Shown here: in pieces, positions 1 to 9,799 of the stretch
Numbering within the stretch: the stretch's first letter is position 1
Layout: each line of letters begins with the position of its first letter
NCBI GenBank assembly: GCA_965204535.1
Contig: CBDBEV010000001.1
Span: forward strand, 1,216,001-1,280,000
From: a bacterium
Lineage (GTDB): Bacteria > UBA8248
Length of the DNA: 64,000 nt
Direction of reading: 5' to 3'
Made by a program: the position numbers and the translations under genes
The notes under the pieces: model-generated
Seen by the model: the letters and a program-made list of their open reading frames with translations, nothing else
Told to the model about the DNA's origin: nothing
Database searches by the model: none

Positions 1-478
1 CGGCTGGGTGAGCGGGGTGGGGAAATTCCTGCGCGAGGACAACCCGGACGTGAGGCTTTACGCCGTGGAGCCTCAGGAGTGCCCGCTCCTGAGCGAGCGG
101 GGCTGGGGGCCGCACGGCATCGAGGGTATCGGGGACGGCTTCGTGCCCAGGGCGCTCGACTTGTCGCTGCTCACCGGCATCGTGACGACGACGACGGATG
201 AGTCGGTCGAGATGGCGCAGCGCCTCGCGCGCGAGGAGGGGATTTTCTGCGGCATCTCCTCGGGCTGCAACGTGGCGGCCGCCGTCAAGCTGGCCCGCAG
301 GCATCCCGAACTGGCCAACATCGTCACGAACATCAACGACACGGGACAGCGCTATTTCACCACCGCCTTGTGCGGGGAGGAGAAACACGTCGATATCCCA
401 GAACGCGAGCATCATGTGGACCCATACAGCGAGGCGCAGCTCGATCGGTATTCGAGCGAATGGGAGATCATCACCTGA
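1..478 (+). CDS. cysK: PLP-dependent cysteine synthase family protein (5' truncated by window)
   Basis: Motifs AVEP, HGIEGIG, EEGIFCGISSG and DTGQRY match the C-terminal half of CysK/CysM. Confidence 0.8.
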   Translation, partial: GWVSGVGKFLREDNPDVRLYAVEPQECPLLSERGWGPHGIEGIGDGFVPRALDLSLLTGIVTTTTDESVEMAQRLAREEGIFCGISSGCNVAAAVKLARRHPELANIVTNINDTGQRYFTTALCGEEKHVDIPEREHHVDPYSEAQLDRYSSEWEIIT

Positions 479-500
479 CGCCGAGCGATAAAACCCGCGG

Positions 501-1376
501 GTGAGATACATGGTTTATGGCCAGATTCTGATTAACAGCATTCTCCTGGGGGGTATCTACGCCAGCATTGCGGTCGGTTTCTCGCTCGTCTGGGGCGTGA
601 TGAACATCCTCAACATCCTGCACGGCACGTTCCTGATGCTGGGCGGCTACGTCACTTTCTGGATGTTCAAACTCTACGGCGTGGACCCGTTTTTATCTCT
701 CCCGCTCTCCGCCGTCTCCATGTTCTGCGCAGGCTACGCGGTGCAGCGCGGACTGATCAACAAGATCGTGCGCGCGCCCATGTTCATGTCCCTGATTCTC
801 ACCTTCGGTCTTCAGTTGCTCATCGTGAGGCTGGCGATATATTTCTTCACCGGTGATTTCAGGTCGGTTCAGCCCTCCTATGCGGGTTTTTCTATTTCCT
901 TCATGGGTCTTTCGGTGCCCTTCGTCCGGATTTCCATATTCGTGCTGGGCGTCGCTCTCACGAGCATTCTTTTCTGGTTCATGGGACGAACGCGCACGGG
1001 CCGGGCCATACGGGCGACGCGGATGGATTTGGACTCCGCCCAGTTGATGGGCGTCGACATCGGTAGAATCTACGCCATCACGTATGGAATCGGCGCGGCC
1101 GCCGCCGCCACGTCGGGTTCTCTGGTGAGCGTGGGTTTCGCCATCTCGCCGGTGAGCGACGTGGAATTCCTCTCGAAATCCTTCATCATCTGCACCATCG
1201 GGGGATTGGGAAACATCACGGGAGCGCTGGCGGGGGGCCTGATTCTGGGCCTCGCCGAGAACTTTGGCGCCCTGTACCTCGGCCCAGGGTTGCAGAACGC
1301 CATCGGCTACGTGCTCTTGATTCTCGTGCTCTTCATCAAGCCGTCGGGCCTGCTGGGCAGAAAGGGTTTCGAATAG
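501..1376 (+). CDS. livH: Branched-chain amino acid ABC transporter permease (LivH-like)
   Basis: GFSLVWGVMNILNILHG, TRTGRAIRA and PSGLLG motifs; hydrophobic. Confidence 0.9.
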   Translation: MRYMVYGQILINSILLGGIYASIAVGFSLVWGVMNILNILHGTFLMLGGYVTFWMFKLYGVDPFLSLPLSAVSMFCAGYAVQRGLINKIVRAPMFMSLILTFGLQLLIVRLAIYFFTGDFRSVQPSYAGFSISFMGLSVPFVRISIFVLGVALTSILFWFMGRTRTGRAIRATRMDLDSAQLMGVDIGRIYAITYGIGAAAAATSGSLVSVGFAISPVSDVEFLSKSFIICTIGGLGNITGALAGGLILGLAENFGALYLGPGLQNAIGYVLLILVLFIKPSGLLGRKGFE

Positions 1377-1377
1377 C

Positions 1378-2361
1378 ATGTTCAGACCCTGGTCCCACAT
1401 TCAATGGTTCGGCATGGGGGCAGGCGTTCTCGCCCTGATACTCTTGCCCTCTTTCGTGGAAAACGACGAGATCAGGAAGTGGATGGACATCCTGATGGTG
1501 GCCATCCTGGCGACGAGCTGGAACTTCATCGGCGGCCTGACGGGCTATCCCTCCTTCGCGCCGGCCGCCTTTTTCGGGCTGGGAGCGTACACGACGGCCA
1601 TCCTGATGAACGCAGGGTTCAATTTTTTCATCACGTTGGGTATCGGTGCCTGTCTGGGCGCGCTCGTGGCGCTCGCCCTGGGCGTTCCCATATTGAGGCT
1701 GAGGGGCCACTACTTCGCCATCGCCACATTCGGCGTGGCGGAATTCTTCCGCGAACTGGCGGATAACCTTCGCATCACCGGCGGGGGGGACGGCATCAAT
1801 CTGCCCCAGATTACGGGCGGGCCGGATTACTTCACGCGCTTTTTCTACTTCTCCATGCTCGGGGTGGCTGTGCTCGCCGTCCTGACGCAGTACTTCGTCA
1901 CGCGACACCGCCTGGGCTACGGCCTCGTCGCCATCCGCGAAAACGAGGACGCGGCGGCCATGACGGGCGTGGATACGACGAAATACAAGATCATCGCTTT
2001 TGTTCTCTCATCCATTTTCCCCGCAATGGGCGGCGGCGTATACGCCTACCGCGCCGCGTTCCTGGAGCCCATCGACGTCTTCGACGTCTTGTTCTCCATC
2101 AAGGCGATCGTGATGTCGATGCTCGGCGGGGTGGGTACGGTGATGGGCCCGCTCGTGGGCGCGCTGATGATGGAATACCTGTCGGACTACCTCTGGGGAG
2201 CCTTCACGGAATTCCATAGCGCGTTCCTGGGAATCATCATCGTGCTGGTTGTCTTGTTCCTCCCGCGCGGCCTGATGGCCGTCTCCCAGGAGGTAAAGAG
2301 CCGCGGGTGGGGGTCGTTGGGCGTGATTCTCAAGAGCAACATACAGAGGTTCAAGGTGTGA
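1378..2361 (+). CDS. livM: Branched-chain amino acid ABC transporter permease (LivM-like)
   Basis: WNFIGGLTGY, LRLRGHYFAIAT and AIRENEDAA motifs. Confidence 0.9.
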   Translation: MFRPWSHIQWFGMGAGVLALILLPSFVENDEIRKWMDILMVAILATSWNFIGGLTGYPSFAPAAFFGLGAYTTAILMNAGFNFFITLGIGACLGALVALALGVPILRLRGHYFAIATFGVAEFFRELADNLRITGGGDGINLPQITGGPDYFTRFFYFSMLGVAVLAVLTQYFVTRHRLGYGLVAIRENEDAAAMTGVDTTKYKIIAFVLSSIFPAMGGGVYAYRAAFLEPIDVFDVLFSIKAIVMSMLGGVGTVMGPLVGALMMEYLSDYLWGAFTEFHSAFLGIIIVLVVLFLPRGLMAVSQEVKSRGWGSLGVILKSNIQRFKV

Positions 2362-3125
2362 GCGAAACACTTCTGGAAGGCAGAAGCGTCACGAAGCGCT
2401 TCGGCGGACTCACCGCCGTCTCGGCGGTGGATTTCACCGTGCGCAAGGGGGAGATCCTGGGCGTCATCGGTCCCAACGGCGCGGGGAAGACGACGCTCCT
2501 CAATTGCATCACGGGTCTCGACCCGGCGAACGAGGGTGAGATTCTGTTTCGCGGCGAGCGCATCGAAACCATGAAACCCCACGCCATCACACGCAAGGGA
2601 GTCGCACGGACGTTTCAGATCGTCCAGCCTTTCGCGGGTCTCGCAGTGCGCGAGAACGTGGTGATGGGCGCGCTGTTCGCCTCCCGGAAGTCGAGAAAAG
2701 AGGTGAGACGCGCCCAGGAACTCGCCGACGAAATGCTGGCGTTCGTGGGATTGAGCGATAAGTCGGCGCAACTCGCCTCCCAGCTCACGCTCGCCGAGAG
2801 AAAACGCCTGGAATTCGCCAAGTCCCTCGCCACCGAGCCGGAGGTGCTGCTGCTGGACGAGGTGAATGCGGGCTTGAACACGACGGAAATCGAGAACGCC
2901 ATTTCCCTCATCCACAAGGTGAGAGAGCAGGGCGTGACCATCCTGGTGATCGAGCACTTGATGAAGGTGATCACGGACCTCTCGGACCGCGTCATCGTCT
3001 TGCATCACGGGGAGAAGATAGCGGAAGGTTTGCCGCGCGAGGTGACGAGCGATGAGCAGGTCATCAAGGCCTATCTGGGCGAGAAATACGTGGCGATGAT
3101 GAAAAAACTGGACGAGGAGTCCTAG
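2358..3125 (+). CDS. livG: ABC transporter ATP-binding protein (LivG-like)
   Basis: GPNGAGKTT Walker A, LLLDE, IEH; GTG start at 2358 overlaps the livM stop. Confidence 0.9.
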   Translation: MSETLLEGRSVTKRFGGLTAVSAVDFTVRKGEILGVIGPNGAGKTTLLNCITGLDPANEGEILFRGERIETMKPHAITRKGVARTFQIVQPFAGLAVRENVVMGALFASRKSRKEVRRAQELADEMLAFVGLSDKSAQLASQLTLAERKRLEFAKSLATEPEVLLLDEVNAGLNTTEIENAISLIHKVREQGVTILVIEHLMKVITDLSDRVIVLHHGEKIAEGLPREVTSDEQVIKAYLGEKYVAMMKKLDEES

Positions 3126-3127
3126 AA

Positions 3128-3868
3128 GTGGCGACGGGTGGTTCTCAAGGCGGAGCGAGCCTCCTGGAGGTAAGCGGCCTGGCGGGCGGGTATGACGACG
3201 TTCAGGTTCTGTGGGGTATCGATCTGCGCGTGAACGAAGGCGAGATCGTCGCCATCGTCGGCAGCAACGGTGTCGGCAAGTCCACGTTCCTGCGGATGCT
3301 CTCGGGGGTGCTGCCGCATCGAGCGGGCGAAATTATGCTCGGAGGCGAATCACTGGAAGGAATGGCGCCGGAGGGCATCGTCGCCAAGGGGATTTCCCAC
3401 GTGCCCGAGGGCCGCAGGCTCTTCGCCGCGATGAGCGTGGAGGAGAATCTCTTGATGGGCGCTTATGCCCGGAAGATGGCCGATCAGGAACTGGCGGCGG
3501 ATTTGGAGAGGGTGTACGGGTTTTTCCCGCGACTGGCGGAGCGGAAATCCCAGCTTGCGGGGAGCATGTCCGGCGGCGAGCAGCAGATGTGCGCGATTGC
3601 CCGGGGGCTGATGGCGCGTCCGAGGCTGCTTTTGATCGATGAGCTTTCCCTGGGCCTTGCGCCCAGGCTGGTGGAGGAGTTGTGCGGATTCGTCCGGCAG
3701 ATAAACGAGGAGGGCGTCGCCATCATCCTGGTCGAGCAGGACGTGCTGACCGCGTTCGAACTCGCGAGCCGGGCGTATGTATTCGAGACGGGGCGCGTGA
3801 CGATCTCCGGCACGTCGGATGAACTGCTGGCGAATCCCCAGGTGAAAAAAGCGTATCTGGGAATGTAG
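3128..3868 (+). CDS. livF: ABC transporter ATP-binding protein (LivF-like)
   Basis: GSNGVGKST, VPEGRRLF, MSGGEQQM and AYLG motifs. Confidence 0.9.
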   Translation: MATGGSQGGASLLEVSGLAGGYDDVQVLWGIDLRVNEGEIVAIVGSNGVGKSTFLRMLSGVLPHRAGEIMLGGESLEGMAPEGIVAKGISHVPEGRRLFAAMSVEENLLMGAYARKMADQELAADLERVYGFFPRLAERKSQLAGSMSGGEQQMCAIARGLMARPRLLLIDELSLGLAPRLVEELCGFVRQINEEGVAIILVEQDVLTAFELASRAYVFETGRVTISGTSDELLANPQVKKAYLGM

Positions 3869-3965
3869 CGTGTTTTCATATACTCTGTCTGAAACCAACA
3901 TTTACGAGAGTCGTGTGAAAATCGAGAACGGAAGAGGCAGCACTCAACCATTGAGGAGGGAGGTC

Positions 3966-5174
3966 ATGAGAAGGCGGAATTTGTTGTTTCTCATCGCAGC
4001 AGTCTTGTTTGTCACTTTCGGCGTGACGGGCCTGCAGGGTCTGGACGGCGCCCAGGCGGCGGAGATTAAATTCGGCGCCGCCTTGCCGCTCACGGGTCCG
4101 CTCGCCACCGAGGGGAAAAAGCAGCAGGCGGGTTATGAAATCTGGCGCGAGCGCGTGAACAAGGCGGGCGGCATCAACGTAGGCGGCAAGAAGATGAAGG
4201 TGAAGATCGTCTACTACGACTACGAGAGCAAGACGCCGACGGCCACCAAGCTCGCCGAGCGGCTGATCACCAAGGAAAAGGTGGACCTCCTTCTGGGTCC
4301 GTTCGGAAGCGGAGCGACGAAATCCGTCGCCGCGATCACGGAGCGCTATCAGGTTCCCCTCATCGCGCCCGTGGCGAGTTCCGAGCCGATTTTCGACCAG
4401 GGCTACAAATACCTCTTCGGCCTCCTGGCGCCGAATTCGTATTTGCCGCAGAACTTCCTGACGCTCTTGAAAGAGCAAAAGCCGATGCCGAAGACCATCG
4501 CGTTCGTGACGCGCAACGACTTTTTCCCGCGCGCCATTACGAAGACGATCAGGTCGGCGGCAAAAAAGCAGGGTTTCACGGACGTCTACTACGCCGAGTT
4601 CCCCAAGGATTCGAAGGACATGTCCACCTGGCTCACGATCGTGAAGGGCAAGAATCCCGACGTGCTCATGGTGGCCGGCTATCTTCCCGACACCCTCCTC
4701 GCCACCAAGCAGGCGAACGAGCTGGGGGTGAAGCCCAAAATCCTGTTCACCATGGTGGGTCCGGTCTACGCGCAGTTCACGGAATCGCTCAAAGGCACGG
4801 CCAACAACATCCTGACCGCCGCATGGTGGGGTGAGGCGCTCGATTACAAGGGCGACTTCATCGGCTCGGCGCGGGACTTCGGGAAAATCTGGCGCGCCAA
4901 GTTCAAACAGGAGCCGGACTACGTCGCCGCGGCGTCGACGACTGCGGGCATCGTCGCCCAGAAGGCAATCGAGGCGGCGGGCACGCTGGACAAGAAAAAG
5001 GTTCGCGACGCCATTGCGAAAACCGACTTGAAAACTTTCTTCGGCCCCGTGAAATTCGACAAGCTCAACATGAACGCGGCCAGCGCCATCGTTTTGTTCC
5101 AGGTGCAGGACGGAAAACGCAAGACGGTGGGGCCGAAGAGCGTGGCGAACGCGAAGTTCAGGTATCCGAGATAG
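3966..5174 (+). CDS. Amino-acid ABC transporter substrate-binding protein (LivK/LivJ superfamily)
   Basis: Signal peptide; IKFGAALPLTG, VNKAGGI and LLGPFGS motifs; GGAGG RBS before ATG at 3966. Confidence 0.9.
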   Translation: MRRRNLLFLIAAVLFVTFGVTGLQGLDGAQAAEIKFGAALPLTGPLATEGKKQQAGYEIWRERVNKAGGINVGGKKMKVKIVYYDYESKTPTATKLAERLITKEKVDLLLGPFGSGATKSVAAITERYQVPLIAPVASSEPIFDQGYKYLFGLLAPNSYLPQNFLTLLKEQKPMPKTIAFVTRNDFFPRAITKTIRSAAKKQGFTDVYYAEFPKDSKDMSTWLTIVKGKNPDVLMVAGYLPDTLLATKQANELGVKPKILFTMVGPVYAQFTESLKGTANNILTAAWWGEALDYKGDFIGSARDFGKIWRAKFKQEPDYVAAASTTAGIVAQKAIEAAGTLDKKKVRDAIAKTDLKTFFGPVKFDKLNMNAASAIVLFQVQDGKRKTVGPKSVANAKFRYPR

Positions 5175-5245
5175 TTTTCCGGCCGGGTTCGGGGACACCG
5201 CCGAGGGTGACGCGGTGTTCCTGAGCCTGGCAATTTGAGGGTTTC

Positions 5246-6043
5246 ATGCCGACGATCCGCCAGTTGGCCGACGATGAGGTGCCTGAGGCGGCGCGCGATC
5301 TCGTTGAACGCGTCAAGACGCGCGAGAAGCGCGTATTCGGGGTCGACTCGCTCTCGAACATCTGGCGCTCCATGACGCATCACCCCGAATACATGAAGGC
5401 GAGTTGGGAGCGCTCGCGCGCCACGATGCAGCGCGGGGACGTGCCGCCTCTGGTCAAGGAGATGGTCGCCTCGGCGGTTTCCATCGTCAACGCGTGTGAC
5501 TACTGAATCGATTCCCACATCGCCGCGGTCATGCGGCTGGGGGTCGATGAGGTGGGCATCACGGAATTGATCGGATTGACCGATCACGTTTCGGGGATGA
5601 ACAAGGTCGCTTTCGGGCTTTTGCTGGAAGATGAGGATGCGCCGCCTCTTCTGCCTGATGCGGAAGATGAGGAGGTCGACCCTGTCGTCCGGGAACTGAT
5701 GAGTGAGGTGGCGGAGGTGGAATCGGCGCGCCTGGGTAGAGACGGCGTTCCGCGCTATTGGCGCTGTCTGGCGCGGAACCGGCATTATTTCGAATCGACG
5801 TGGAACAAGCACAAGCTCATGCTCGATGGAGGCGTTCTCGAAAAGCAGGCCAAGGCGGCCGTGGGTTTCGGCGTCAGCGCCACGAACGGGTCGGGGTATT
5901 TCATACGGTATTTTCATTCTTGTCTGGTGAATCTGGGCTGGGACCCGGGGCGAATCCTCGAAATTCTCGGGGTGGTGGACCACTACAACAGCTTCAACGC
6001 CCTGGCGACGGGGATGCAGATTGAATCCGACATCAGGCCATGA
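5246..6043 (+). CDS. Two-domain AhpD/carboxymuconolactone decarboxylase-like peroxidase; probable selenoprotein (UGA 5504-5506 = Sec, CxxU motif)
   Basis: ORFs 5246-5506 and 5531-6043 are in one frame, separated only by one TGA; read-through gives NAC-D-Y-U-IDSH, the AhpD NxCxxCxxxH motif; hairpin follows the UGA. Confidence 0.85.
5507..5548 (+). promoter_or_regulatory. Putative bacterial SECIS element
   Basis: AUCGAUUCCCA/UGGGGGUCGAU lower stem, CAUC bulge, GCCGC/GCGGC upper stem, GGUCAU apical loop, starting directly after the UGA. Confidence 0.7.
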
Positions 6044-6113
6044 TTCGTGGAAAGATTGAGGGGAGCGCCGAATGACCAAGTTGCTCGGCCGAATGGCGTT
6101 TTAAGGACAGGAT

Positions 6114-6968
6114 ATGGAATTTTTACGCGCTCAATCGGTGGATGAGGCATTGGCGGCTGCGCGGGATGGCGCCGCCTTCGTGGCGGGCGGCACGAACCTC
6201 GTGCCGGACGTGCTCTTCGGGCGCAAGAAGATAGCGCGCGCGGTGGACATCAGCCGTCTGGATGAGCTTCGCTTCATCGAGGAGGCGGACGGAAAAATCA
6301 GAATCGGCGCACTGGCGACGGTGACGGATTTGCTCGATTCCGGGTTGATACGCGATACCGCCTCGCCTTTGTACGAGAGCGCTCTCGAATTCGCGGGCCC
6401 CTTGGTGAGAAACCGCGCGAGTGTGGCGGGCAATCTCATGGACGCCTCGCCCGCCGCCGATTTGGCCCCGCCCCTGCTGGCGCAGGATGCCGTCGTCGAA
6501 TTGGCCTCGGCGGCGGGGGAACGCGTTCTTCCGCTTTCGGAATTCTTTCTGGACTACCGGAAAACGGCCGCACGGCCGGAAGAACTCGTGACGGCCATCG
6601 TCATCGATCCGCTGGGGACGGCGGATCGTTGCGCGTACTACAAACTCCAGCTCAGGCGCGCGATGGCCATCGCCGTCGTGGGCGTGGCGGTCGTTCTCCG
6701 GATGGAAGACAGCGTTTGCGCGGAGGCCGCCATCGGCATGGGGGCGGTGGCCGCGGTGCCGTATCGAGCGCGCGCCGCCGAGGCGCATCTTCAGGCTAAG
6801 GAAATCGGGGAGGCGGAAATCGAGGCGGCCGCAGCCGCCGCAGCGGATGGTGCGCAACCGATTGACGACGTGCGGGCGAGTGCTGCGTACCGCAGGAAAA
6901 TGTGCGGCGTGCTGGTCCGGCGCCTGCTGAAAAAAGCGCTGGGAATGCCGCAAAGCGTAGCGGTGTGA
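6114..6968 (+). CDS. Xanthine dehydrogenase family, FAD-binding subunit
   Basis: AGGTNL, RNRASVAGN, ASPAAD and DDVRASAAYR motifs. Confidence 0.9.
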   Translation: MEFLRAQSVDEALAAARDGAAFVAGGTNLVPDVLFGRKKIARAVDISRLDELRFIEEADGKIRIGALATVTDLLDSGLIRDTASPLYESALEFAGPLVRNRASVAGNLMDASPAADLAPPLLAQDAVVELASAAGERVLPLSEFFLDYRKTAARPEELVTAIVIDPLGTADRCAYYKLQLRRAMAIAVVGVAVVLRMEDSVCAEAAIGMGAVAAVPYRARAAEAHLQAKEIGEAEIEAAAAAAADGAQPIDDVRASAAYRRKMCGVLVRRLLKKALGMPQSVAV

Positions 6969-7000
6969 TGAAAATTCGGCATTTTGATTGAGAGAAGACG

Positions 7001-7483
7001 ATGAGTGCATACGAAGTCAAACTGCGCGTGAACGGAAATGACGAAACCCTCGCCGTGCGGGGGGAGGAGACGCTCCTGCGCGCGCTGAGACGCATTGGCT
7101 ACGTCGAGGTGAAGCTCAGCTGCGAGGGCGGCGATTGCGGCGCGTGCGCCGTTTTGCTCGACGGCGTGGCGGTGAACGCCTGCCTCGTGTTCGCCGCGCA
7201 GGCGGACGGCGCCGAGATCACCACCGTGCGCGGGGTCGGAACGGAAGGCGACCTCCACCCGGTCCAGGAGCAGCTCATCGAAAAAGGCGGCGTGCAGTGC
7301 GGGTTCTGCACGCCGGGAATCGTCGTATCGGCGAAGGCGCTCCTGGATGAGAACGCTGCGCCCACGCGCGAAGATATACAACGCGGCCTCGCCGGAAATC
7401 TTTGCCGGTGCACGGGCTACAAGAAGATTTTCGAGGCGGTATCGGCCGCCGCCGCTCAGATGAAAGAGGGAGGCGGCTCATGA
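7001..7483 (+). CDS. Xanthine dehydrogenase family, 2Fe-2S subunit
   Basis: CEGGDCGAC, QCGFCTPG and NLCRCTGY motifs. Confidence 0.92.
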   Translation: MSAYEVKLRVNGNDETLAVRGEETLLRALRRIGYVEVKLSCEGGDCGACAVLLDGVAVNACLVFAAQADGAEITTVRGVGTEGDLHPVQEQLIEKGGVQCGFCTPGIVVSAKALLDENAAPTREDIQRGLAGNLCRCTGYKKIFEAVSAAAAQMKEGGGS

Positions 7484-9750
7484 GCGAGCGCGTCGTCGGC
7501 CAGCCCCATCCCATCATCGACGCGGCCGAGAAAGTCTCGGGCGCCACGATTTTCATCGACGATCTGGCGCTTCCGGGCGCGCTCACGGGGGTGGCGCTGC
7601 GCAGCCCCCATCCCCATGCCAGGATATTGCACGTCGACACGTCGGCCGCGGAGCGCCTGCCGGGCGTCGCTGTCGTCCTGTCCAAAAACAACACGCCGGA
7701 CGCCCCGTTCGGCATCAATCACAAGGATGAAGCCGCGTTTTGCCGCGAGAAGGCGCGCTACGTGGGAGACGAAGTCGCCGCCGTGGCTGCCGTGGACGAG
7801 GAGACCGCCCGCGAGGCGCTCTCGCTCATCCGCGTGGAATACGAGGTATTGCCCACGGTTGGAGACCCTTTCGCGGCGCTGGAACCGGATGCGCCTCTCG
7901 TCCACGATGCCGTCGCCGGCAACATCGCCAACGAGTTTCACATCAGGCGCGGCGCGATAGACGAGGCGTTCGATGAGGCGGATGCGGCGTTCGCGGATGA
8001 ATTTCACACCCATCTCACCCACCAGGCCTATATCGAACCCACCGGTTGCGCGGCGCAGTGGCATCCGGGCGGAAAAATCTCCGTCTGGGGATGCCTGCAG
8101 TCGGTGTTCCTGATCCGCACCTTCATGCTGGCGCCCGTCATGGGCATGTCCGCCGATGATTTCCGCGTGACGCAGACCAAGCCGGGCGGCGCCTTCGGCG
8201 GCAAGCTCGACGTGAAGGCGGCTCTCATGGCGGCGATGCTGAGCCGGGCGGCGGAGAAGCCGGTCAAATTCATGATGAGCCTCGAAGAAGACCTGATCGC
8301 CATGCGCCCGAGGATGCCGGTGCACATCTCGCTCGAATCGGCCTGGAAGAGCGACGGTGCGCTCGCGGGCAAGCGCGTCCGGATCGTGGCGGAAAACGGC
8401 GCCTACAGCTCGCTCTCGCCCGCCATCATGAGTTCCATCGCGCTGCGCACGGACAATCTGTATAAAACGCCCGCCGCCGAGATTCAGGGAAAACTCGTCT
8501 ACACGAACATCATCCCCTCGGGCCAGATGCGCGGGTTCGGCAACGTGCAGGCGACCTACGCCTGGGAGAGCCACCTCGACAACGTGGCAGGCGGCCTGGG
8601 GCTGGACCCGGCCGAACTTCGCCTCAGGAACTACACCGAAAAAGGCGACGTCTCGCTCCACGGCTGGAAGATAGCCAGTTGCGCCGTGGCCGACGCCACC
8701 CGCTACGTGGTGGAGAAGATGGACTGGAAGGCCAAGCGCGCCCGGGGCGGCAAGGGCCGCGGAATAGGTCTTGCGAGCTGCATCCACGTTTCGGGGAATA
8801 AAGGGTTTTCCGTGGAGCTCGGCCCCGACGGCACCGACCCCTCGAGCGGCGTGGTCCGCGTGGATGAGGCGGGCGAGGTCGAGATATGGTCGGGCGAGTC
8901 GGACCTGGGCCAGGGGGCCACGAGCGTCATGGCCTACATCGCCTCTGAAGTCATGGGTATCCCCGTGGAGCAATTCAAGGTCCCGCCCACCGATACGGGC
9001 TACATGCCCTTCGGCATGGGGGCGTTCGCGAGCCGCATCACCCTGATCGGCGGAAACGCCGTCAAGCTCGCCGCCGAGGACGCCCGCAGGAACCTCCTGG
9101 ATGCCGCGGCGGAGGCCATGGAAATCCCGGCGGATGAGCTCGAAATTGTCGAGGGCGAAGTCCGCGCGAAGGCCCTGCCGGAGCGGAAGATGGCGGTGGG
9201 CGAGGTCGTGGGGCGCGCCGGCGGCGTGGTCGAGGGCGCGGGCAAGTGGCTGGCCGGGGGCGACGTGCTCGATAAAGAAAAATACGGGAATCCCTCGACC
9301 ACGTATTCCTTCAGCACGCACGGCGCAGAAGTTGAGGTGGACATGGAGATGGGCGTCGTCACCGTCTTGCAAGTCTGCTGTGGCCACGACCCGGGCCGGG
9401 TCATCAACAGGCTGGGCGCCGAGGGCCAGGTCGAGGGCGGCGTCGTCCAGGGCATGAGCTACGCGATGATGGAAGGGCTCGCGCCGCTGGAGGGCCACCT
9501 GCGCGGAAAAAATTTCCACGACTACCTCATCGCCACCTCGATGGACGCCCCGCCGATTGAGCACGATTTCTTCGAGTCCATGGACCCCTACGGCCCCTAC
9601 GGCGCGAAGGGGCTGGCCGAGGTGGCGATCAACCCGATCACGGCGGCGATCTGCAACGCCGTCTACCACGCGACGGGCGGCGCGCGGATACGCACCCTGC
9701 CCGTCACCCCCGAGCGCGTGCTCGAGGCGATCGAGGAAGCAAGGATTTGA
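7480..9750 (+). CDS. Xanthine dehydrogenase family, molybdopterin-binding subunit (4-hydroxybenzoyl-CoA reductase alpha-like)
   Basis: RSPHPHARI, GGAFGGK, MRGFG, GQVEGG and GAKGLAE motifs; ATG at 7480 overlaps the upstream stop. Confidence 0.9.
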   Translation: MSERVVGQPHPIIDAAEKVSGATIFIDDLALPGALTGVALRSPHPHARILHVDTSAAERLPGVAVVLSKNNTPDAPFGINHKDEAAFCREKARYVGDEVAAVAAVDEETAREALSLIRVEYEVLPTVGDPFAALEPDAPLVHDAVAGNIANEFHIRRGAIDEAFDEADAAFADEFHTHLTHQAYIEPTGCAAQWHPGGKISVWGCLQSVFLIRTFMLAPVMGMSADDFRVTQTKPGGAFGGKLDVKAALMAAMLSRAAEKPVKFMMSLEEDLIAMRPRMPVHISLESAWKSDGALAGKRVRIVAENGAYSSLSPAIMSSIALRTDNLYKTPAAEIQGKLVYTNIIPSGQMRGFGNVQATYAWESHLDNVAGGLGLDPAELRLRNYTEKGDVSLHGWKIASCAVADATRYVVEKMDWKAKRARGGKGRGIGLASCIHVSGNKGFSVELGPDGTDPSSGVVRVDEAGEVEIWSGESDLGQGATSVMAYIASEVMGIPVEQFKVPPTDTGYMPFGMGAFASRITLIGGNAVKLAAEDARRNLLDAAAEAMEIPADELEIVEGEVRAKALPERKMAVGEVVGRAGGVVEGAGKWLAGGDVLDKEKYGNPSTTYSFSTHGAEVEVDMEMGVVTVLQVCCGHDPGRVINRLGAEGQVEGGVVQGMSYAMMEGLAPLEGHLRGKNFHDYLIATSMDAPPIEHDFFESMDPYGPYGAKGLAEVAINPITAAICNAVYHATGGARIRTLPVTPERVLEAIEEARI

Positions 9751-9799
9751 ATGGCCGCGGGAATAATCGGTAATTCCCCCTGAAACCCCGGACGGACTC

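Noticed and set aside
5246-5506. Pseudogene or two separate small genes
   Set aside because: The stop falls exactly at the second Cys of the CxxC motif and is followed by a SECIS-like hairpin, so Sec recoding explains it better
7480-9750. Aerobic CO dehydrogenase (coxMSL) call
   Set aside because: Gene order fits, but the active-site loop is QMRGFG rather than AYxCSFR or AYRGAGR
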